Shown: positions 1-11,521 of the stretch, piece after piece
Numbering within the stretch: position 1 is the stretch's first letter
How the letters are laid out: each line of letters opens with the position of its first letter
DNA from: Azolla caroliniana
Lineage: Eukaryota; Plantae; Polypodiophyta
Length of the DNA stretch: 64,000 nucleotides
Direction: 5' to 3'
NCBI GenBank assembly: GCA_043228905.1
Contig: JBHGNT010000010.1
Location: 20,770,001 to 20,834,000, forward strand
The notes under the pieces: generated by a model
Told to the model about the DNA's origin: nothing
Databases searched by the model: none
Seen by the model: the letters and a program-made list of their open reading frames with translations, nothing else
Program-made: the position numbers and the translations under genes

Positions 1-182
1 CTGCTAAGCCTTTACAGAGAACTACAATTCATCATGATAAATAACAATCTTGGATCAGAATATAACTTTAAAGGAAAAATAATGAACTGAATGAGTTTTC
101 TTGTTGTAACTTGTAATGATATCCAAGCAATCAATTTAGTATGGATTGTGTTTTTAATATTTCTTAGCCTGCTGTTTTCTAG

Positions 183-3100
183 GTGTCAATCTGTTGGTAC
201 TTGGATTATCAGAAGGGATCACTGATCGTGACCTAGCAAGCTTGTTCCACCCATATGGAACTATTTTACATGCCAAAGTCATGATGGACACAAAATCTGG
301 AGCACCTGAATATTATGGTAACCCTTTCCTATTCAATTATTTCCTGTATAATAATTAGTTTCTATTTATTTGAAAAATATTTGAGCAACTATAACCTAGG
401 GATTACATTCTTGATAGGTAGATGGCTGATAAACAGTGAATGGGAGCAAGTGTTATTTTGAAACCTCATCACCTTGAGTCCACTGTCTAAGTTAGCGTAG
501 AAAGAAAGAAAGAAAGAAAGAAAGAAAGGAATATTAATGTCTTTTAAGAGGCCAAAATGGCTTTTAAGACCAAGCATGTTGTTTCATCTTTGAGAAACAA
601 CAAACCAAAATAAATAAATGTAACTAAGCAAACAAATAAATTGAAATAAATTAAGATGCGACTAAAGAATCTCGTCATCGTTACATATAAAATTCTCAAA
701 TCAGATAGTGTGCTTTTTGTCTTCGAAAGATATCTACTATGCATACTAAAGAATCCATATGTGTAACATTCTCAAATCAGATAGTGTAATTTTTTACTTC
801 AAAAAGTATCTACCGTAAGTCAATCCAAAATGGAGAGGTCTCTGAAGTGAGGGAAACACCTGCAATAGTGGGAGATAATGGTGGGCGATGAGGTCGTGGT
901 TCAAGAAGCTGAGGCCGATGCCAACGTGCCTGACAAATTGCTAAGGCCTGATCTATTCTAAGCCCTTTGCAATGTGTAGTCATAAGGCCATGTGTGTAGC
1001 CCTTGATTGACTTGTAGCATGCATAGTAGTAATAAGGCTAAAGAAAGTTGTGATTGTTCTTTGTTGATCAGCTTGTGTGGCCATATTGTTGTCCTGCAAC
1101 AATCTCCCCTTGTGTCTCTTGAGTTCTTGCAAGAAAAGCCCCCAGCACAGTTGGTCCTCATAATCTATTACCTTGCATATTGCGCCAAAGTTTGACTGAA
1201 AGAGGCAATGGTATCTCCCTCTTATCTCATAAAGAACAATACAATGATAAACATCGTATTCTTCAGATTCCACTCCTTGATGACACAATTGGCAAATTCT
1301 TTTTTTAAGAGGCATTCATGCATATCTGCTTACCTCAATCTCTAACTGATGTCAATTTGCAGCTGCTCTATCACACCGCACAGTGCATGGGATAGAGGTA
1401 TGTCCATATCTAAGGACCTGATGATGAATCCATCCTCCAATATGTATAAAAATGTCTCTTATAGTGGGCCATCTTCTAAGTTGATGATATTAGTTCGAAT
1501 CACTCTATTTTTTTCCACTTTGGTCATGTTTAGATTGGGGACAATTGAAGGTATATTGGAATGGGGGTAGTACATTTCTGCTTATGCCATGTGACTCAAA
1601 CCATTGTTGCATTTCAGTATACCAGCAATGAATGTTTCCATGTTCAGCAAGTTGTTTTGATAACATTAGAGCCAACCTTGAGTTCCCAAAGCCATTGTAT
1701 ATTGGTCGCTGTATGAAATAATGCCTCGGTGAGTATTGAGGCTGCTCAATTCTCTGCACGGATTACATCATGGGGCACTGATTCTTTGCTGCTCATCATG
1801 CGGGCAATCATTGAGACTAAAGGTCTCTCGAAACCTTTCCAGTTATTTGCCTTGTTAAGACTTGGTCCCTAGGTTTCTACTCCATAGAGAAGAGTTGGTG
1901 TGATGAAGTGTATCAAATAGCCACAATTTCAGTTCATGGCTCTTGGAAGTGCAAACTTCCACATTGTCTTTCAAGAGGACCAAGGGCTGCATATCCACAA
2001 GAAAGTTGCGCACAAGGAGCTCAAGTATATGGAGAACCGAGGCCTTGTGAATGTTACTCGTAGGTATCCCACTTTTTCTTCTCCCAAGAATTCTGGTTCT
2101 GATCTTGTTACCCATGCTTAAGGGTGTGTTAACCACCATTACTTTAGTTTTATCTATGTTCATTGACAAATCTGTCCATACAAAATAATTTTTAAGGCGT
2201 TATAGATGTCGTAGTTTTTCCAGATTATCGGAAATCAGCACAATATCATCACCATTTAGATGGCTTTGTAGTTTTTCAGAATTATCGGAAATCACCACAA
2301 TATCATCAGCATATGGTAATATTTGTGAGGCTATACTTGTTAGCCATGCCCTTAAACCGCTGAATCTCTCTATGTAATGTGATACTTCCATCAATATAGA
2401 GACCAAAGAGAGGAGGTGATACAGAGGGCATCCTTGTTTTACTCCAATTGTACTATCCACAGCTCTGACAACCCAGGAGACCGCACCTTTCCTGACATGG
2501 ATTTATACAGCGCATTTATTCCCCATCATCTATAGGGACAACGAGGAATCGGCAACAGTTCGGTTCCGACTTAACTGGCTAGGCCAAACCGGTTAAGCCT
2601 TAATTGAACCGGTTCCTAAATTGGTTTTTAGGAACTGGTTTATCCAAACCAATTATTCCTTAACTGGTTTGGGAACTGGTTTAGCCGAAAATGGCTTGGC
2701 CCATTCCAGGCCAAGCTCAAACCAGTTAAGCTCAAGAAACCGAACTGCCAAACGGTTTAACAGTTCAGTTTAGACTTCAGCTGAGCCAGTGCCAATCCCG
2801 GGGACAACAAGGAAGGGCTTGTAACCACTGCATGAGCTGAGCTCTTAAGAGTAGTGTCAATCACTTCTTGGAAATCCACAAAGCAGCAATAATCCTGTTA
2901 TTATGGGCCTCTTCCCTCTTCAATAACAGCTCAGAGAGTCAATATGTGATCCAAAGCTGTGAACCCCTTCTGAAATCCTGCCTCTCCAGCTGGTAAAATG
3001 ATTTGAAATATCAAACTATTGTTTATGAAGCTTCACAGCACGACCCAAGGTACAAAGTAAGTTTTGGAAAGGTGCAATGTTAGTATCTAATTCACTGAGT

Positions 3101-3525
3101 ATCAATGAGCTTCTATGTCGACCCTTCAAGAAGCACTATATCGGAGCCTATGCATTTTTATTGAGACAAATAATTGGACTCTCTGATGATATCATGCATT
3201 TGAACTTATACACTTTTCATGTTGAGAAACCTATGACACCCGTATGCTTTGTACTATTTTGTGTTGTACAGGAATTGTCACAATGGAGAATGCTCAAGTG
3301 GCGGAGGGTGCAGCAGCTGCGGTGAGCGGTATGTTTATATTAGGAAGAAATATAAAAGTGGAGGTTCAGCAGGTGAAAGAACACCAAGCCCCTACTCCTA
3401 TTCAACAAGGGTACCCTCAACAAGTGATGCAACAACAAAGCATGATGATACAAGGAGTAGGTCCCGTCAGGTGGCAACCTCCTCCTCGGCCCGCTCCAGC
3501 TTCTGGTGCGCGTTGGCCTTATTAA
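183..3525 (+). CDS. RRM-domain protein, last two exons (5' part outside the window or unrecognised); divergent RRM followed by a Gln/Pro-rich tail
   Basis: Exon 183-317 (ttttctag| ... TATTATG|gtaacc) joins exon 3272-3525 (gtacag|GA) in phase 1. The product is xVNLLVLGLSEGITDRDLASLFHPYGTILHAKVMMDTKSGAPEYYGIVTMENAQVAEGAAAAVSGMFILGRNIKVEVQQ...QQGYPQQ...WQPPPRPAP...PY*. This has RRM beta-alpha-beta-beta-alpha-beta spacing and resembles CELF/Bruno RRM3 or the plant SF1 RRM. The 2954-bp intron is TE-filled. Confidence 0.8.
499..528 (+). repeat. (GAAA)n microsatellite
   Basis: About 7 tandem GAAA units in the RRM intron. Confidence 0.9.
960..2990 (-). mobile_element. Decayed, 5'-truncated non-LTR retrotransposon (RTE/CR1-like LINE) RT plus C-terminal Cys/His region, antisense in the RRM intron
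   Basis: Minus-strand peptides: AGFQKGFTALDHILTL (~2935-2985), STIGVKQGCPL, ILPYADDIVVISD, MNIDKTKVMV and RICQLCHQGVESEEY..YHC. They are broken by frameshifts and stops. Confidence 0.85.
2543..2800. mobile_element. hAT-like MITE inserted in the LINE
   Basis: 8-bp direct repeat GGGACAAC at 2535-2542 and 2801-2808. Imperfect TIRs (gaggaatcggcaac ... gtgccaatcccg). The interior is rich in AACCGGTT/AACCG motifs and is non-coding. Confidence 0.75.
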
Positions 3526-4496
3526 TCAACACTTCAATATGCTAAATGTAATCCCATCTAATCCAACTCTGATAATTTCATTTGGTTCAGATAATTTTTA
3601 TGAAAATGGTCTCCTTGTGTTCAACTGTCTCTTTATTTAATTGTCTTTATCCCTACTGTTTTTACTGTCATGAAGGCAGGATATAGTGAATCTTCCCTCA
3701 CAATCAGAATCGTTGCAAAGCACATTAGATCCTTGATCATTAGACCATGATGCGAATATATGATGTTTATTTTACATGAACGTACAGAAGAAAAGGTGCT
3801 TTGAATCCAAACTCTTTTTCGTCTTTCAGTGTATTAACAGGCACAGTATTTTGCAATTGTAGATTCTGCACTATAAGCCAGATGATATTATGAAAGCTAT
3901 AGTATCCTGATCCGTAAGAAGCAATCCAAAGTGACAGCCAAGTTTTAAGCAAGTTATTGATTATTGTAATGGATAGTTAAATACCCGGCAAGATGTCAGC
4001 CACATTTGGAACATATACTATTATTGTATTTTTTATGCCATTTTGTATTCGTCGGACGATAATACCAGCAAAGTTACAAGCATTGGTCACTCAATCCCTC
4101 ACTCCTCGATTACTATATTTAACTTTAACGTTTAAAATTTCTGATGATTGTAAGTTCAACTTTCATTGTAACATTCAATGTTTTTGTGCACACATTCAAA
4201 GCTTATTGAGAAGAGAGAGAGGCCAACAAAACATTCCATGATTTATTATGTACATTTATAAAGTGACACACGTATATATACACGTGTACAAATGTATGTG
4301 AAATGAATAGTGTTATTTGGTAATAAATGACAAATTCTTGATTTCTAAATGCAAATATGTGTTTGAAGATGCACGCAAAATAACTTTCCTTGGCCACCAT
4401 ATGTAGTTGGGTATCATGTACCTAAGCACAGAAAACATGTTGAGGATTACCTTAAGAAGACAAGAAGATGAGTTGATACATGATCGAATCCTCCTC

Positions 4497-5177
4497 TTAA
4501 TGAGAAATAGAGTCTTGATTGAATATTTTGGAATCTATTTGCCCATCAGATGGTTCTACAAAAATATGGAGATGCACTTCTTGTGATCTCTTCTCTGCAA
4601 TGGCTTCCATAAGATCACCTCGACAAGTAGGGCAAGAAGAGTGCTTTGAGAGCCATGCATCAATACAAGGGACATGGAATGCATGCATACATGTTGGGAG
4701 AATACGAATCAAGTGACCATCTTCAAAATCGACCAAGCAGATAGCACATGTTGCTCTTGTGTTGGCCATTTGTGATGCATTGCTATCATTAGCATTCCCG
4801 TTTTGGTCTTCAACACTTCTAGTGCCATCATTTATTTGTTTCTCATATGCCATATGTATCCATTCATTTTCCACTAGTTGTGGGCAATAGACAAAGGTTG
4901 GTATTTGTTGCATCTCATGCTTCTTTAGACCTATATTGGCTCTTCTCATGCTTGCATGTTCTATGGTTTCAAATGGGTAGCGACGCACTCTCCTGTTGCA
5001 GCAATAACAAAGCCAACTTCTAGCGAACAAAGGAATAAGAAATAGACATGTTGTTGCCAATGTGAACATACCTAAGGTGATATAAGTTGTTGTTGCATTG
5101 ATCTTTGAATTAAATGTGGGACCCCCGAATCTAGTGGGGATGCCATGAACTTCTCCAATTGAATGATATGCATCCAT
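4497..5177 (-). CDS. ATL: ATL-family RING-H2 E3 ubiquitin ligase, 226 aa, single exon
   Basis: N-terminal hydrophobic TM segment ([20 protein letters not shown]) followed by a basic patch, a GLD-like motif [15 protein letters not shown] and RING-H2 [38 protein letters not shown]. This is the canonical ATL architecture. Confidence 0.95.
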   Translation of the reverse strand: MDAYHSIGEVHGIPTRFGGPTFNSKINATTTYITLGMFTLATTCLFLIPLFARSWLCYCCNRRVRRYPFETIEHASMRRANIGLKKHEMQQIPTFVYCPQLVENEWIHMAYEKQINDGTRSVEDQNGNANDSNASQMANTRATCAICLVDFEDGHLIRILPTCMHAFHVPCIDAWLSKHSSCPTCRGDLMEAIAEKRSQEVHLHIFVEPSDGQIDSKIFNQDSISH

Positions 5178-8100
5178 TTATCTACATTAGTGAAGTTAAC
5201 TCACTTGAAAAAATGGAAATGAGAAGAATAGATTTATAAATCCCTTGATGATGAATATCATATTGACCTTCTAATAGGTAGGAATAATTCACAATTTCTA
5301 TCATAAAGGAGCTCAGTTCTAGCTTGAACCTTTTTTTGCCTTATCGTAATCTTGTGTACTTATAAAGAGGGTTTGAGATTTTCATATGCTCAATGTTCAT
5401 CAAGAAAACAATAAGAACTTGGAGGTAAAAAGTCTGAAAAAACTACTACTTTATACATAGTTCTAGCATATCAAGTACATGCTCCATGTAACATTAAGTT
5501 GGGTATAACACCTCAGACTCTATTAATTTTAATGATCCATATGCCAGCAATACCGATAAGTTTTATTCATGTAAAGATTATGAGCATGTTTTATGACAAG
5601 CCACACAAAGAACATGACTGGAATGTCAAAAGGAGTCATTCCCATATCGACAAGGAACTTTTATTATACATAATTGACTTGTTTATTTCTATCATAGATA
5701 TTTGAAATATAAGATGGTAAGTATTATTTTGTGGTAGAATTCCCTTGCTTTTGAAGTCCCCCCCAAAATACATATACTAAAATGTTGGTTTCATTGTGAC
5801 ATGTATTGTCTATGATTTGATTAAACCCCAACTAGTAGTCATCACCTAACAAATATGGCCCTTTCTTAGGACACAAAAAATGAACCATGGTGTCCTTTTC
5901 GATACCAAAGCATAAATAAACTGTAGACAATATTATTTTCAACTACAAAGTAATGTTTAAATGGAGGATAATGGCATCTTCCACAACAAAAACACATACA
6001 TAAATTGTTACAAAGTTTGGACCGAGCTATCTTCTTCTTTAGAGTCAAGAAAGTTTTAAACAAGTAACACTTACTACTGAACATGTTATTTAATAGTTTT
6101 CTTTAACAATTATGCAATGAATATCAATTTCACAGAAATCTAGTTCTATGTACATGAGCATATAAAGATTTTGAATGATGGATTTTCATATTTCTATAAG
6201 TAAAAATTACACTATAGCGCTAGTTTCCAAGAGCACTCACAAACACTATTGTTTGAAAACAAATATATGCATGCTTGTATCAAAGTGATTCACGAGAAGG
6301 TTGGAGTTGGTGGTACATACACTATGCATGTGTGCATAATTTGTACGTATGCATATATATTCCTACACATTAGGCGAAGAAAGTGTATTATGATATAGAT
6401 AGTCACCACATACATGCACGTTTGCATATGCATACATACCTAATGTACATGCATCGTATATGCCAACACACTAATTAAATACAAACTTCGCTCTTTACTT
6501 GTGTGTGTATGTCTCAAGCAAAGATGATGCACTAAATGAGAATAAATTAATAATATAAGCATCCAAAGTTGGTGGTCATGTGTGACAACTAGTGTATAAA
6601 CAATTTTCATGCTCAAAAGAGTTGCCCAAGTCAAATGATTCCCTATTTACCCTTATATATATGGGATTGCTTCAACACAAATCCATACAAAAAGTGCAAC
6701 AAACTAATCTAAATATTTTATATATGTTTCATTTGGGCATAGAAAAACTTTAGTTACCAAATAATACCTTAAATTGTGCGTACATAGCATTTTCATTTTG
6801 CAATAGGGTTTTAAGTGCACGTAGTATTAGTAGTAAAGAAGTGTTATCCATTCTTGTTTATCATTTGTTTACATATTATTTTCTTTTTCACTTTATAAAT
6901 AATAACATGACAATGAGAACACTGATGAAAGACATTTTTTTAACATGTTGATGATGAGAGTTGGAACAAGTTTTATTAGGACTTGAGCCAATCTTTATGT
7001 GACAAGTTCTTTAACAATAGAATCCAATGAGACATAGTTGAAATAATTGTTTGGTTCTAGGAGACAAGTTGTTAGACTTATCATCATTGTAATAGTTCAA
7101 AATTCAAATGGTGTTTAAAAGAAAGCTAGACAAAGACTATAGCTTTTTTGAACCCTCCAACTATTTTATGTTCGAGATAAACAATGATAGACCCTCTTGT
7201 TGCAACCACAATGACTAAGACTAGTACATGTTTCACTTGGTGCTTCGTTGATGGGAACAAGATTTATATATGTCTACATGTGCTTTGTATGATAGAACTA
7301 TTTCCATTGGAAGATAATAATGGTGGGTGTCACTTTTGTGTTTCACTAATGGCAAATATATTTATACATGGCAATCAATAACATCAATCTAATCACAATC
7401 TCCATCTCATGCTTTCATATTACTTAGCTTGCATTCTCTTTGACCTGAGATAATGATTTTACATGAATTTTTTTGGCTTTAATCTCATTCTTCATGTTTG
7501 ACCTTTAGGAAGGATGACAATTTTTGTTTTTCTCCATATTGGAGCAAAACTATAAAAATTAAAGGTCAGGATGGTAACATATGTAAAATCCTCTCTTCCA
7601 GTGGAACCCACTAACACAAGCAAATAGTTGACAGTATGGGATTTGACAACGTTGTTTTTATGGCACACTAATGTATGCTCATGATAGCATCAAAATGCAC
7701 CTTATAGATGCACTCACATTCAATCATAACAAAGATGACAAGAATAACAACTTACAACATTGTTACACTGACATAAACCCAACTTATGTATAGATGTGTA
7801 GAAGGAAATGAGAGGACACATACAACCTTTTATTGCAAGAAGAAGGCCAATCACCTTCTCTACACTTTTAGGCATCATCTTGAAATTGAGAATGAAGTTT
7901 GTCGAGGACTTGCTTGTGCAATTTGTATCTCCACATTATGTGAAGGTATCTCCATATTTGAATAAGGAGGATCTCACAACACGATGTGAAGCATTGACCG
8001 CATGATAATGCTTCCCAGTATCAATTTTCGAATGCATCAACCTCACGCAACTTCTGAAAGTTGGACACATCAACCCCCACCTTCTCATCACATTAGTACC

Positions 8101-9429
8101 AATGGTTCTATTCTTGTAGGAATTTTTGGAAATGGTTGCATAGATCCCGAGATCGGGGATACTGTAAGACAAAGTAGGTTATCCTTGCATATTTGTGATG
8201 TTTTAAAACAATGAGTGACTATGAGCTACAAGAGGATAGAGAACCAATGAAATTATCAACATGTAGGGTTTGAAAACTCTGAGATGGATGAGAAGCTAAT
8301 GGATATTAATCTAGTCATTTGGACAGAATGGAAAAACATAATTGCTTGGAAAGGAAGGCATCAAACATACACGCAATATACATACATAAAAAAAAATTAG
8401 AAGAAAATGAAAAATGGTTTCACATTGAAGATAATTCATGTATCCAAACACATGTTGATGCTACATGACAAACAAAAATTGGAAAAGGACAATGGCCATT
8501 ATTAAAGACAAAAGAAAGAATATTCATCCACCCAAAGATATTCATCCAAACAAATGACGATTTTTGCCCAGATTTGGCCAATAAGTAATATGCATTCCAT
8601 TTCTCCCATCTCTTCAAAATTAGCAACATTCACCATGGATGAACTTCTTTTGGTTGGCATGAATGATATTATGTCCCAACTCAAGGATTGTAGCAATAAT
8701 GGGATATGCCTATTTCATGGAAATCAGGTTTGATCCTTTCAAATTTTGCCTTGGACTGCCTTCTTCGTCATTGTTGTGGCATCCAATGCAACTATGATTT
8801 CATATGTTCATTATAATGATGCTACATTTCTGCAAAATGAGGGTTGATGGTTGAGGTTTTAGTGTACTCCTCAACCTCATAGAGCTTGTGTGAGGCCCCA
8901 TTCTTGGTCGACATTCCAAAGAGTCCCACACAATACAATTCAAGGATGGGACAAAGTACGAGGTGGACAAGATCTAGAACTACAAGAAACCACACTCTCA
9001 CTTTCAATACTTTGTCTTGCTGAAAGGTTATCCATTATCGTAGGCCACTTGGAACCCACTATCCACCTCGCTAATGCATGCACCAGATGTTCTCCGTGAT
9101 TCTATCACTGTTGTCCACTCAAGCTTGTTTCAACTCGATGTAGGTGCTAAGAGGAATGAATGTCATGGCCATTGAATGTGACATCAAACTAATGTAGAGA
9201 GTTCGAGAGGATGTGATGTTTGTAAGGTTGAGAGAGGATGTATTTGTAGTTTGCCATGTGTAAATGGATGGCTTACCAATTGTATAAAAGGGTGTCTTCA
9301 CCATAGTTGATTCTCAAGCAGATCAACATACCATTCACTGATAACAAGCTTCATGTTTTGTCCTCATATCTTCATTTAGACTTCTTGCTATATTCATCAA
9401 ATTTTGTTGTGGTCACCGAATGTTACTGG

Positions 9430-9605
9430 CCCCTCTAAACCAATGTTGTGTGTTTTGGCTGGTTTATTTCAATTGGTCAACATCACCTTCTACTACTACA
9501 TACTTAACAAGTTTGTTGTGCTTGGCAATTCTCACCAAATGTTCTTAGCCCTTTCTGAATCAATCTTGTGTGTTTTGGCTGGTTTATTTCAATTGGTCAA
9601 TATTA
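9430..9605 (+). repeat. Local direct duplication, period about 121 bp
   Basis: ttgtgtgttttggctggtttatttcaattggtcaa occurs at about 9446 and about 9567. Confidence 0.8.
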
Positions 9606-11521
9606 CCCTAATTTCCAACACGTACACGATACCTATAAACCAATATGTTTGTTAGATTATCCAAAGGAGACACCATATCTACAATGTGATTTTTATAGTG
9701 TGCACAGACCTCTTGCCTATGCCACTTCCCAAAAGCCCCACATTTTACTAATTAGTTACTCAGGTTAGCTCAAACATACTAATTATTGGCTTAAGTTGCA
9801 ATCTATTCATGTCACCATTTTCTTTTACCATGAAACACATTGGTATGGCCAAGCCAGTGATTGCTCAGTCACACAAACACCAATCAAATTCTTACCCTCA
9901 TATACTCATTTAGTATGGTGAAGACACCCTCTTATACGATTAATAAGCTTCCTTTAATGTGCACTATGCAAAGAATAGTGTAACATGGAAGAAATAAGAT
10001 GGCATTTGAAAGATAATAGTAATAAGCTAAAAACATTAGAATCTCTGAAACTTTCCAAAAGAAGCCCTCTTTTTTAAAGTTACAATGTTCAACATTTCAT
10101 ATTCCTTGGCATATCATTATCCCCCCATTCGGCTTTAAATGTAGATCCATTGATTGAGTGATGAATGACCCATTTAACCTTACATTTTGTGGCCTTCCTA
10201 TTTAAGGTACCATTATTTCGCATTCTATATTATAAGCTTCTACCTAGTATTTACACAATGGCCTTTCAGTCATGTTCATACCCGTTGAATAGCCAACGTC
10301 AATGAGCTAGACATATCATATGACAACTATTGAAGACCCTCACAAAAATCAAGGGTGATGCGAATAGCTCCAAAAAAAGCTAGAATAGCTCAAAACAGGA
10401 TAGCTCGACCCCCATCATATGCAGTAGCCATAAAATGGTCAAAAAATTAAAGACACACATACCACACAACAATGGGTACCAACCCAAAAAGTAACACACC
10501 CCCAAACTACCAAGGTTTTTGACTGGTGAGTAATAAAAGATTCTCATAATATAGGGAAGTTGCCATGTGCGAGCTTAATACAATTACATGTTGGTTTTGT
10601 CTCCATTATATTTCGTAGTCTATCCTATTTGACCTCTTAGTATGACAATGACATTCTTTTTCTATATATGGGTCTCTCTAGAGAGACAAGATAAATAAAC
10701 CATTTCTTGATTCATGAGTGTCATCCTTGGGCAAGGGCCATACTAACCTTCTCTATGTTGTTCCAACATTGACAAGTCCCATACGAGACAATATTTTCAT
10801 AATTGAAATGGTGGATTGAACAATATGCCCTCGTGTTCAAACCATTATTGTTATCTTTGTATATGTAAAAGGAACCTACCCTAAACCCTCTTTCCATATT
10901 GGATTATATCGGTCTTGCTCAATTTTCAACTAACATAAGTCAATCAAAATTCTCATTTTTCTTATGGTCAATTCATCCCCCTTCTCATTCCATTCAAAAG
11001 TTGATCGCGGGCCTATAGGGAAAAAATGGAAACATAGGGGCATCTAGACGAGTAAAGAACAACTCAAGAGTATATCAAATTTTCGTACACATAGGGCACG
11101 ACCACATGCACTAAGACTACGACAATGAAAGTGTTTTCCTAGCCTCTCCAGCTCGAACGTTTTGCCCATGTTGGTGATCTTAATCAGAACGAAGTGTTAC
11201 TCCATTGTTAGAATGTGATCGCCAATGTATACTTCTTCACCCATGTCCTCATCGCACATTTTGGGCGAACAAAGTTTCAATGTGAGCTTTATAGGTCAGG
11301 TGACCTCTTCACCTTGCACATTGGAATCCTTCGCATCAACTAATTTCCAAATTCTATGAACTCTTATCACTAAATAAGGCTAATAAACAATTATATCAAA
11401 AACAAAACAAAAAAAACTTTCAATGCAGCATACCTTGGATATAAGAAGAAGAAAAGCAATGGGATGATCTTTTTTACATGATAGTAAATAATATATTATG
11501 TGTATTTGTGTGTTGGTGACA

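Noticed and set aside
5300-11400. Many 60-85 aa ORFs and possible decayed TE coding remnants
   Set aside because: No diagnostic motif set could be read with confidence. They are probably old TE debris, but I cannot assign a family without a search.
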